Notes under the pieces: model-generated
Database searches by the model: none
The model's input: the letters and a program-made list of their open reading frames with translations, nothing else
Told to the model about the DNA's origin: nothing
Program-made: the position numbers and the translations under genes
Shown here: one piece after another, positions 1 through 7,227 of the stretch
Position numbering within the stretch: the first letter of the stretch is position 1
How the letters are laid out: each line of letters starts with the position of its first letter
Assembly (NCBI GenBank): GCA_964447495.1
Contig: CAYUTF010000097.1
Coordinates: 1-11,324, forward strand
Direction: 5' to 3'
DNA from: an uncultured archaeon
Lineage (GTDB): Archaea > Asgardarchaeota > Lokiarchaeia > Sigyniarchaeales > SOKP01
DNA: 11,324 nucleotides

Positions 1-6
1 TAAATT

Positions 7-603
7 ATTTTTAAATTATATCATATTACAGCGAAAGTGGAAATTCCTCCATTCTTGTTTGATCAACCAAAAGAAGTAAGTGCGAGAATCATTCTTTCAG
101 AAGATTATGAGGGAATTATTACTCGTGACTATGGGTTTATCATAGCAATTGTGGATGTTATTGATGTTGGTCCGGGAATCATCATTCCAGGGAATGCAAA
201 CACATTTCATGAAGTTGAGTTTTCAATTCTTTCATTTAAACCGATGATTTCGGAAGTAGTTGAAGGAGAAGTGGTTGAGATTGTCGATTTCGGGTCCTTT
301 ATTAGATTAGGGCCTTTAGATGGTTTAGTACATGTGTCCCAAATATGCGATGATTATATTTCATATGAACAAGTAGGAAATCGATTTATTGGTAAGGAGA
401 CTGGGAAAATTTTGGAAGTAAATGATACTGTAAGAGCAAAAATCATTGCGGTATCTTTAGGTACGGGAAGAAGTGGTAAACTCGGGTTAACAATGAGACA
501 AAAATTTCTCGGCAAACCAGAATGGATTGAAGCAGATATCGAAGAGGAATACGCGGATAAAAATAAAAGCAAAGAATCAGATGAAGAAGGTAGTAAAGAC
601 TAG
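7..603 (+). CDS. rpoE1: DNA-directed RNA polymerase subunit E' (Rpo7/RpoE1)
   Basis: S1 domain VEGEVVEIVDFGSFIRLGPLDGLVHVSQI and C-terminal KLGLTMRQKFLGKPEWI. The ORF track starts at GTG 37, but in-frame (I)FKLYHITAKVEIPP from position 7 resembles the usual RpoE' N-terminus. There is an in-frame TAA at 1-3. Confidence 0.96.
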   Translation: MFKLYHITAKVEIPPFLFDQPKEVSARIILSEDYEGIITRDYGFIIAIVDVIDVGPGIIIPGNANTFHEVEFSILSFKPMISEVVEGEVVEIVDFGSFIRLGPLDGLVHVSQICDDYISYEQVGNRFIGKETGKILEVNDTVRAKIIAVSLGTGRSGKLGLTMRQKFLGKPEWIEADIEEEYADKNKSKESDEEGSKD

Positions 604-617
604 TTTAATTAATTTTT

Positions 618-623
618 AGGTGA
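618..623 (+). promoter_or_regulatory. Shine-Dalgarno (AGGTGA) for spt4
   Basis: AGGTGA lies 8 nt before ATG 632. The track's GTG 620 is part of this SD. Confidence 0.7.
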
Positions 624-631
624 ATACATCA

Positions 632-820
632 ATGAAAGAACGAGCCTGTAAAAATTGTCACTTAATTACAAAAAACGATCAAATCTGTCCCAAATGCAAA
701 ACACATACCTTGAGTGATGATTATACTGGAGAAGTTATCGTTATTAAACCTGAACAGTCAAAATTTGCAGAATATCTTAAAATCCATTATCCTGGTAAAT
801 ACGCTTTAAGAGTCCGATAA
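632..820 (+). CDS. spt4: Transcription elongation factor Spt4 (RpoE'')
   Basis: RACKNC...CPKC zinc ribbon, C-terminal PGKYALRVR, and canonical position after rpoE1. Start moved to ATG 632 on SD evidence. Confidence 0.96.
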   Translation: MKERACKNCHLITKNDQICPKCKTHTLSDDYTGEVIVIKPEQSKFAEYLKIHYPGKYALRVR

Positions 821-844
821 AATTATTTCTTATTATTTAGAATA

Positions 845-1432
845 ATGCCAACCAATTTAAAAATACCAGATAAAGAAAGACATAAATTCTCACAACCTTT
901 AGGAAAGTTAATTTCAGGTACAAGAAAAGAGACTATTTCTCAAATAGAAGAATTAATCAAAGAATATTCTGAAAAAAATCATCTTATTAAATTTTATTTA
1001 GTAGGAGACATTGTTTCAAAGGATTTTCTCGAAAATAGTTTTTTAAAATCTTTCATAAAGCTTTGTATCGTTGATGAAAAAACTCAAAGAAGTAAAATCA
1101 CATTAGGATTTGATGTTTTTTTTGAAGAGATTATTGAATTTCAAAATCCGAGTGGAACGATCTCTAAGGATAGTTTTGAATTATTAGATAATATCATCAA
1201 ATCTGAAAAAATTACCCTATTAAAGATCACTGAAGGTGAGGAGGATCTTCTTGTTCTTCCTTTAGTGGTGTTACTCCCCTTAATTGAGAATTGTAAGAAT
1301 ATTGTATTTTATGGGCAACCTCCTATAACTGATTCAAAGCACCCAATACCTGAAGGCATTGTTATGGTTGAAGTAAATAAACGAATACAAAAGACAGTAA
1401 ATAAATTTATATCAATAATGATAAAAGAATAA
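845..1432 (+). CDS. GTP-dependent dephospho-CoA kinase (DUF359/UPF0218)
   Basis: Motifs VGDIVS, IVDEKTQR, NPSGTI, GEEDL and YGQP. Conserved position between spt4 and eS24. Confidence 0.9.
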   Translation: MPTNLKIPDKERHKFSQPLGKLISGTRKETISQIEELIKEYSEKNHLIKFYLVGDIVSKDFLENSFLKSFIKLCIVDEKTQRSKITLGFDVFFEEIIEFQNPSGTISKDSFELLDNIIKSEKITLLKITEGEEDLLVLPLVVLLPLIENCKNIVFYGQPPITDSKHPIPEGIVMVEVNKRIQKTVNKFISIMIKE

Positions 1433-1591
1433 GTGCTAAACTAAATTTTTAAAACAATTTTACAGATTTTATCGTTTTTAATTAAGAAAAATAAAAAATT
1501 TTATTTTTTATCCTTCTTTACTGATACTAAATTAGAATTATCTTTAAAAATAACTGATAAATTCTGCCAATTAAAACTCTTAAGCATTAAA

Positions 1592-1948
1592 ATGTCGTTT
1601 AATATAGAAGTTATAGAGGAAGAAAAAAACCAATTGATTAATAGAACTGAAATTAAATTTAGAATTGATCACTTCGGTAAGGGTACTCCAAATAGATTGG
1701 ATGTTAAGAAAAAGATTGCCGCTATGAAAAATGCAAATGAAAAATTTACTATAATTAGGAAGTTAAGAACTAAATTTGGTTCGGCATATTCGATGGGAAA
1801 AGTATATATTTATGGAGATTCCAAAGATTTACAATTTTATGAACCGTTTCATATTCAAGTGAGAAATTTGGATGCTGAAAAAAGAACGGAAATTTATCGA
1901 TTAAAGAAGAGAAAAGAACCATATAAACATCTCTTCCAATATGAATAA
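1592..1948 (+). CDS. rps24e: 30S ribosomal protein eS24
   Basis: NQLINRTEI, TPNRLDVKKKIA, TKFG...G..YIY and EP motifs, plus operon context. Confidence 0.95.
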   Translation: MSFNIEVIEEEKNQLINRTEIKFRIDHFGKGTPNRLDVKKKIAAMKNANEKFTIIRKLRTKFGSAYSMGKVYIYGDSKDLQFYEPFHIQVRNLDAEKRTEIYRLKKRKEPYKHLFQYE

Positions 1949-1978
1949 CTAATATAATATTCAAAATTTGTGATTAAA

Positions 1979-2200
1979 ATGACAGACATTTCAAAAATGT
2001 ATGATATTGAAGATGGAAAATTAGTTAGAAATCATAGAACGTGTCCAAAGTGTGGGCCCTCATACTTTCTCGCAGATCATTATGACAGATCTAGTTGTGG
2101 TAAATGTGGTTATACCGTATTTAAGAGAAAGGGAAAGAAAGGAGCAGCTACTGTTGCTAAAAGACATCGCACTCCCAGAAAACGTACCAAATCTAATTAA
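1979..2200 (+). CDS. rps27ae: 30S ribosomal protein eS31 (S27ae) with basic C-terminal tail
   Basis: CPKCG...[17 protein letters not shown] zinc finger, following eS24. Start probably ATG 1979 (track uses GTG 1970). Confidence 0.96.
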   Translation: MTDISKMYDIEDGKLVRNHRTCPKCGPSYFLADHYDRSSCGKCGYTVFKRKGKKGAATVAKRHRTPRKRTKSN

Positions 2201-2207
2201 GCAGACA

Positions 2208-2242
2208 CCATACAAAATAGGAAATTTTGTTTGGCTTTTTTT
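2208..2242 (+). terminator. Hairpin plus U-tract, putative terminator after eS31
   Basis: CCA-T-ACAAAAT/AGGAA/ATTTTGT-T-TGG followed by C and T7. Confidence 0.45.
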
Positions 2243-2286
2243 ATATTTCACCAAACGGACCATATAATACATAGTGGGTAATACTT

Positions 2287-3300
2287 ATGAAGGTAAATAC
2301 CAATCTTGTTTTAGGGATTGAATCTACAGCCCATACATGGTCGGTAGGGATAATGGGTTTTGATGGTCGCGTCTATAGTGTGGTAAATGATACATTCTTT
2401 CCTGAAAAGGGAGGACTTCATCCTTATTTAGTTAAAGAGCAACATCTTAACAATTTTATGGGAGTTATCCACAAGGCTCTTATAGAAGCTAACTGTAGAA
2501 TACGAGATATTAATTTAATTGCGTTTAGCAAAAGCCCTGGTTTAGGTCCGATTTTAAAAATCGGAGCTCAAGTCGCAAGAATGCTCGGACAATTATTAAA
2601 TATACCTGTTATTGGAGTCAATCATTGTATTGCTCATATTGAGATTGGTCGTTTAATGTGTAAGGTTGATGATCCTTTAACTCTATATGTATCTGGTGGT
2701 AATACAATTGTGAGCGCTTATGAATCAGGAAAATACCAAATTTTTGGCGAAACTTTAGATATTTCAATCGGCAATATGATCGATATGTTCGCTCGAGATG
2801 TTGGATTAGCACATCCTGGAGGTCCAAAAATAGAAAAACTAGCTCAACAATCGAAAAGATACCTTCCATTACCTTATATCGTAAAGGGAATGGATTTATC
2901 TTTTTCAGGGATTTATACTGCTGCGAAAAGGTTGATCGAATCTGAAGATTATTCTAAAGATTATGATTTATGTGATGTTGCTTATTCCTTACAGGAAACA
3001 TCATTTGCTATGTTAACTGAAGTAACTGAACGTGCATTGGCTCATACAGAAAAGAAAGAAGTTTTATTGACGGGTGGTGTTGCAGCAAATACACGTTTGC
3101 AGGAAATGATTAGCTATATTAGTAAAGAGCATGATGCAAAATTCGAAGTTGTACCCTTAAAGTATGCGGGAGATAATGGTATTATGATAGCATGGACAGG
3201 TTTATTGCGATATCGATCAGAAGGAGAACAAGATATTCTAACAACTATCATAAACCCTAAAGAACGTATGGATAAGTTAACAGTACCTTGGAGAGGTTAA
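2287..3300 (+). CDS. kae1: KEOPS tRNA N6-threonylcarbamoyltransferase Kae1
   Basis: GIESTAHT, metal-binding HCIAH, LYVSGGNT, GETLD, GGVAAN and DNG.MIA motifs. Confidence 0.97.
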   Translation: MKVNTNLVLGIESTAHTWSVGIMGFDGRVYSVVNDTFFPEKGGLHPYLVKEQHLNNFMGVIHKALIEANCRIRDINLIAFSKSPGLGPILKIGAQVARMLGQLLNIPVIGVNHCIAHIEIGRLMCKVDDPLTLYVSGGNTIVSAYESGKYQIFGETLDISIGNMIDMFARDVGLAHPGGPKIEKLAQQSKRYLPLPYIVKGMDLSFSGIYTAAKRLIESEDYSKDYDLCDVAYSLQETSFAMLTEVTERALAHTEKKEVLLTGGVAANTRLQEMISYISKEHDAKFEVVPLKYAGDNGIMIAWTGLLRYRSEGEQDILTTIINPKERMDKLTVPWRG

Positions 3301-3307
3301 TCCAAAG

Positions 3308-3985
3308 TTGATTGCATCTAATGCTATTGGAAAGGAAAAGTTATTACGAAAAGGCGCAGAAGCAAATCTTTATTATGGGTACTGGTTTGGAAAAAAAGTA
3401 ATATTTAAACATCGAATTCCAAAGAATTATCGTATATCCCCACTTGATCAAAGTATCAGAACAATGCGAACTTTAAATGAAGGAAGAGCTTTAATAAAAG
3501 TAAAAGAATATGGGGTCAATGTTCCTCAAGTTTATGAAATTGATGCTCATAATTCTATAATTATTATGAAATATATTGAAGGTCAAAAATTAAAGGATCT
3601 AATGGATAAAATACCGATTTCAGAAAAAGTTAGTATTTTCAAAGAAGTGGGACAGCAAATTGCGACACTCCATATCAATGGACATGTTCATGGTGATATT
3701 ACTACCAGCAATATTATTATAACGAATAAAAAAAAAATTTTTCTAATTGATTTTGGACTTCATGATTATTCCGATTCAATTGAAGATAAAAGTGTAGATC
3801 TCCATTTATTTAAACGTGTTTTAATTTCTACTCATGGAAGCGATTTTTTGCCATGTTTTAAGTCTTTTATTGAGGGATATCGTTCAGAGTATAAAAGTTT
3901 TGAAGTAAATGATTCAGATCAGATTATAAGAAATATAACTGTTATAGAAAATCGGGGACGATATGTTAAAAGAGACGATAAATGA
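3308..3985 (+). CDS. bud32: KEOPS kinase/ATPase Bud32
   Basis: KGAEA, HGDITTSN, IDFGL, DKSVDL and C-terminal RGRY. Begins 7 bp after kae1 with a TTG start. Confidence 0.96.
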   Translation: MIASNAIGKEKLLRKGAEANLYYGYWFGKKVIFKHRIPKNYRISPLDQSIRTMRTLNEGRALIKVKEYGVNVPQVYEIDAHNSIIIMKYIEGQKLKDLMDKIPISEKVSIFKEVGQQIATLHINGHVHGDITTSNIIITNKKKIFLIDFGLHDYSDSIEDKSVDLHLFKRVLISTHGSDFLPCFKSFIEGYRSEYKSFEVNDSDQIIRNITVIENRGRYVKRDDK

Positions 3986-4091
3986 GGAAATAAAATATTT
4001 TCATTTTGATATAAAATTAGTGTTATAAACGTTCAGCATCAAAATAAATCTGTCAAAATAAATTACATCTGATATAGAAGCCTTTAAATAG

Positions 4092-4110
4092 GGAAAGATA
4101 ATTTTATAAA
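4092..4110 (+). promoter_or_regulatory. Putative BRE/TATA promoter for the RHH gene
   Basis: Purine-rich GGAAAGATAA followed by TTTTATAAA. The AT-rich background weakens the call. Confidence 0.35.
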
Positions 4111-4232
4111 CAAGTTTAACTTATATTTTATTATCAAAAAGTTGGAATAAATAAAGGGTATAGAACATTTTAGTTATTCTTGTTCTATTTAATATATAGT
4201 AAAATATAGTTATTAGAAATGTGTTGGGTTAG

Positions 4233-4442
4233 GTGTCAGGTAAATTGCCAGAAGAAGAAAAAAAGAAGTCTCGAATGCAGAATATAACGATAAATATTCC
4301 AGAATGTTATGATAAAAATATTAAAAAATTAATAGATTTGAAAATTGTTCCAAGTCGATCTGAAGCTATTCGTACAGCCTTACGAGAATTTATTACTAAA
4401 GAATATAAAAATTTAGAATTATTAGAATTTTTTGAAAAATGA
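4233..4442 (+). CDS. CopG/MetJ/Arc-type ribbon-helix-helix DNA-binding protein
   Basis: Beta strand NITINIP, a helix, then VPSRSEAIRTALREFI (typical SRSE.IR.A.RE). Start is either GTG 4233 or ATG 4275. Confidence 0.88.
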   Translation: MSGKLPEEEKKKSRMQNITINIPECYDKNIKKLIDLKIVPSRSEAIRTALREFITKEYKNLELLEFFEK

Positions 4443-4464
4443 AATTAACTTTTTTAATAGTTAG

Positions 4465-4710
4465 TTAACGTCTCTTTCTAATTTTACGAGCTTCTCGTTC
4501 TACTTCACGCAAAATTACAATATCATTTTCCCTTATCGGACCTTTCACATTTCGAGTTAAAATTCTATTCTTATCAGGACCTTCAAGTATTCGAACTTTA
4601 ATTTGATTGATTTCACCAGTTAATCCTGTTCTTCCGACAATTTGAATGACTTCCGCAGGAATAGAATAATCGTCTACTGATGTACTTTTTGATTTATCTA
4701 ATTTTACCAC
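4465..4710 (-). CDS. rps28e: 30S ribosomal protein eS28
   Basis: [28 protein letters not shown] and EREAR. GGTGA SD lies 6 nt before the GTG start. Confidence 0.97.
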   Translation of the reverse strand: MVKLDKSKSTSVDDYSIPAEVIQIVGRTGLTGEINQIKVRILEGPDKNRILTRNVKGPIRENDIVILREVEREARKIRKRR

Positions 4711-4724
4711 AGAACTTCACCATT

Positions 4725-5096
4725 CTATTTTTTTAACTCTGCTAATTTCTTAATAAGATTATTTAAAATATTTTCGTTATTTGTTCCTAAATTCTCTATA
4801 GCAATTGCTGCTGAACCGACATTAATTTTTACCAAATTACCTAATTCCTTTTTGGTAGAGATGTAAGCATAGGGGATGGATTTACTTTCACAGATTAATG
4901 GAACGTGAAATAATATTTCAGGAGGACTCACATCCTCAGCCATCACTACTAGTTTGGCTAGGCTCCTTTCAACTGATTTAGTGACCTCATTAAAACCTTT
5001 TCTTATTTTTGAATCACGTGTTTCAGCTATCTTTGTAATGATCTCTTTCAGTTCGTTTTTCACAGGATCAGGAACTTTAAATTTTACATAACTCAT
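4725..5096 (-). CDS. rpl7ae: Ribosomal protein eL8 (L7Ae), K-turn binding protein
   Basis: RKGFNEVTKSVER, AEDVSPPEI..H.P..C..K.IPY and KKELG. AAGGAG SD supports the ATG at 5096 rather than 5111. Confidence 0.96.
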   Translation of the reverse strand: MSYVKFKVPDPVKNELKEIITKIAETRDSKIRKGFNEVTKSVERSLAKLVVMAEDVSPPEILFHVPLICESKSIPYAYISTKKELGNLVKINVGSAAIAIENLGTNNENILNNLIKKLAELKK

Positions 5097-5100
5097 AATT

Positions 5101-5146
5101 TTCTCCTTCAAATATATACATTTAATATATTTTCATAAATCATCGA
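5101..5146 (-). promoter_or_regulatory. Kink-turn hairpin (possibly tandem) in the rpl7ae 5' UTR overlapping the SD
   Basis: Minus strand reads UC GAU GA UU UAU GA AAAUAUAU-loop7-AUAUAUUU GA AG GA GAA. A perfect 8-bp stem is closed by tandem GA/GA next to a 3-nt bulge. Confidence 0.72.
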
Positions 5147-5327
5147 TTTTTAATGAAGTAAATAATATCGGATTAAAAATAAAATTTATGCTTTCTGGAA
5201 GTATTTAGGAAAAATCTTCACAAAACCATAAATTTTTTTTGCTATGATATATTTTCGATATTTACTAGTAATATTTCTTATGAATAGAATATTTTAATTA
5301 ATACCAATAAATAAGAGTAAATTCACC

Positions 5328-5528
5328 ATGATTATACCAATTAGATGCTTCTCATGTGGGAAACTTATAGCCCATGTATATGAACCGTATTTGGAACTGA
5401 TTGAAAAAGGGGAATCTGCTAAAGATGCCTTTAAAAAGTTAGGTATTAAAAGGTTCTGTTGCCAGAGAATGATTGTCAGCCAAGTAGATTTGCTAGATGA
5501 TCTCTTAAAGTTTCCTCGTTTACAATAA
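5328..5528 (+). CDS. rpoN: DNA-directed RNA polymerase subunit N (Rpo10)
   Basis: MIIPIRCFSCGK...LGIKRFCCQRM, the Rpo10/Rpb10 zinc motif. Confidence 0.97.
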   Translation: MIIPIRCFSCGKLIAHVYEPYLELIEKGESAKDAFKKLGIKRFCCQRMIVSQVDLLDDLLKFPRLQ

Positions 5529-5615
5529 ATTATTTTTTATTATTTTACGGTAAAATTTTCCTTTAGGGAACTTATTTTCTTAATAGATCCTATTAATTAA
5601 ATAATGTAATTGATT

Positions 5616-5798
5616 TTATTGTTTCCCATAAAATGTTGTCCATCGTGTTTTACGCGGATTTTTATTCGCTATGAGCATAGCTTTTCTACATTTAGGAGTA
5701 CAGAAATTAAGAATTGTGCCATCCTTCTTAATAAACATATGGCCTTTACCAATTGGTATATCATATCCACAGAATGAGCATTTTTTTACTTTAACCAT
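5616..5798 (-). CDS. rpl24e: 50S ribosomal protein eL24
   Basis: CSFCG..I..GKG.MF...DG....FC..KC and NPRK..WT. GAGGA SD precedes the ATG at 5798, which removes the track's overlap with eS6. Confidence 0.96.
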   Translation of the reverse strand: MVKVKKCSFCGYDIPIGKGHMFIKKDGTILNFCTPKCRKAMLIANKNPRKTRWTTFYGKQ

Positions 5799-5814
5799 GA
5801 TAATCCTCTCTCCT

Positions 5815-6219
5815 CTATTCCTCTTTAGCTTTAAATAATTCAGCTTCTCCATATTTTGTGACTTTAAGATTAATAAGTGTCATATCGTATGTAATTTCAC
5901 TTCCTCTTACTGTCTTTCGTTTCTTTTGCCCTTTCCTACGAGGTTTATAGCCAATTGCCCGTTTAGAAACTAAGATTCTTTTTTTAACTGGACCATGAAC
6001 GTCTTTTCTCATAGGGAATCCACTTGAATCTGATCCTCCAGTTATCTGGAATTCGTAATTGGGAAATCCTAATAAACCACCTTTTATTGAATCACCAATC
6101 TTCATTCCTTCAAATCGAAACTTTTTTTCATCGATCTCAACTAATTTGGATAACCCCTTCCCGAGACCCGTGTTTCCACCAGAAATGTTTAATTTATAGA
6201 CTCTTTTCTCTGAACTCAT
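5815..6219 (-). CDS. rps6e: 30S ribosomal protein eS6
   Basis: G.KIGD, ITGGSDSSGFPMRKDVHG and G.KKRKTVRG. Start probably ATG 6219 (track uses 6228). Confidence 0.96.
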   Translation of the reverse strand: MSSEKRVYKLNISGGNTGLGKGLSKLVEIDEKKFRFEGMKIGDSIKGGLLGFPNYEFQITGGSDSSGFPMRKDVHGPVKKRILVSKRAIGYKPRRKGQKKRKTVRGSEITYDMTLINLKVTKYGEAELFKAKEE

Positions 6220-6389
6220 GTTTATCAATCTGACAAAACGAGAATTACTATTAAGAATATCCTAAAATATAAAAATTTTATTGATTTAACGTTTTTTAGA
6301 ATAAATGGGATTGTATAACAAAAACAATAAAATTTATTTTAAAGAAAATTACCTATTAAAAATATAAAACAAGTTTGGGATTTAGTGTA

Positions 6390-7214
6390 ATGCAAATTTT
6401 TGAAGTCATAGAAGTAAGAGAATTTCCCTATTTTTTAACTGTGGATGCGTCAGATGGGGAAGTAGTGAGAGATAAAATAAATAATTTTAACAATCATAAA
6501 GTATATTTGCTTGTAGATCATGATACAAAACGTATCTGGACGTATAACGGACCATATAGTACTTTAAAACTCCAGATTTATGGCGGTATTCTAGCAAATA
6601 TGCTACGAAAGCAATTAAGATTGTTTTACAGAATATATCCCCTGAATTTTTATTCTGAAGATGATGAAGAATTCCTAATGATATTAGATAAACCATTAGC
6701 TCCAGGAAGAGCAAGAACAATAGATAAAGAGGACTTTGATAAACCGTCTGTGGACGTAACTATTGGAACTATTATCATTAAAAATCCCCGATTGAATACC
6801 GTGTTAGAAAATATCAAACAATATTCTATACCCGAACATTTTAATAGAGTATTTCTTATTCTGGGAGGAAATATTTACTCTGAAGAAGAAACACCTGAAT
6901 CCTTTTTTAAAGAAGATAAGGTTAGCGTTCAACCGGTTAAAATGGGGAGATTGAACAATGGATTTACATTTTTTAATGATCGTAATTATTCCGTCCGAAT
7001 TATAGTCAAAGATAAGGCATTACAAGGAGTAGAGTTATTTGTTAAGAAACATGATGAAGTTCAATCCTTAATACTAAAAACACCATTAATTCCTGAAGAA
7101 AAATATAGTAAACCAGGGAAGATTGACTCCCTATTTGATGCATTTCAAATTCCAGAATCATTACCCAATGATAACAATGACGAAAGCAATAATTTAGAAC
7201 CAAATACTGATTAA
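6390..7214 (+). CDS. Gelsolin-like domain protein with additional C-terminal domain (Asgard 1DGelX-like)
   Basis: FNNHKVYLLVDHDTKRIWTYNGPYS followed by a long helix and an acidic EDDEEF matches the gelsolin-repeat pattern. The second domain IPEHFNRVFLILGGNIY...VRIIV....QGVELF resembles Asgard domain X by recall. Acidic tail. Start ATG 6390 or TTG 6375. Confidence 0.62.
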   Translation: MQIFEVIEVREFPYFLTVDASDGEVVRDKINNFNNHKVYLLVDHDTKRIWTYNGPYSTLKLQIYGGILANMLRKQLRLFYRIYPLNFYSEDDEEFLMILDKPLAPGRARTIDKEDFDKPSVDVTIGTIIIKNPRLNTVLENIKQYSIPEHFNRVFLILGGNIYSEEETPESFFKEDKVSVQPVKMGRLNNGFTFFNDRNYSVRIIVKDKALQGVELFVKKHDEVQSLILKTPLIPEEKYSKPGKIDSLFDAFQIPESLPNDNNDESNNLEPNTD

Positions 7215-7227
7215 TATAAAGATTGAA

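Noticed and set aside
354-572. Antisense 72-aa ORF
   Set aside because: Shadow of rpoE1 with no motif.
1487-1508. 10-bp inverted repeat AAAAATAAAA/TTTTATTTTT
   Set aside because: Low-complexity A/T only, expected by chance in this background.
1770-2272. ORFs 1770..1964(-), 2052..2267(+) and 2060..2272(-)
   Set aside because: They overlap the well-supported eS24 and eS31 genes and show no recognisable features.
2618-2869. Antisense 83-aa ORF
   Set aside because: Lies inside kae1.
2287-3985. kae1 and bud32 as a frameshifted fusion gene
   Set aside because: Both have proper termini and bud32 has its own SD-like GAGG and start. Split genes are normal in many archaea and in eukaryotes.
6024-6720. 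ORFs 6024..6233(+) and 6487..6720(-)
   Set aside because: Antisense to eS6 and to the gelsolin-like gene.
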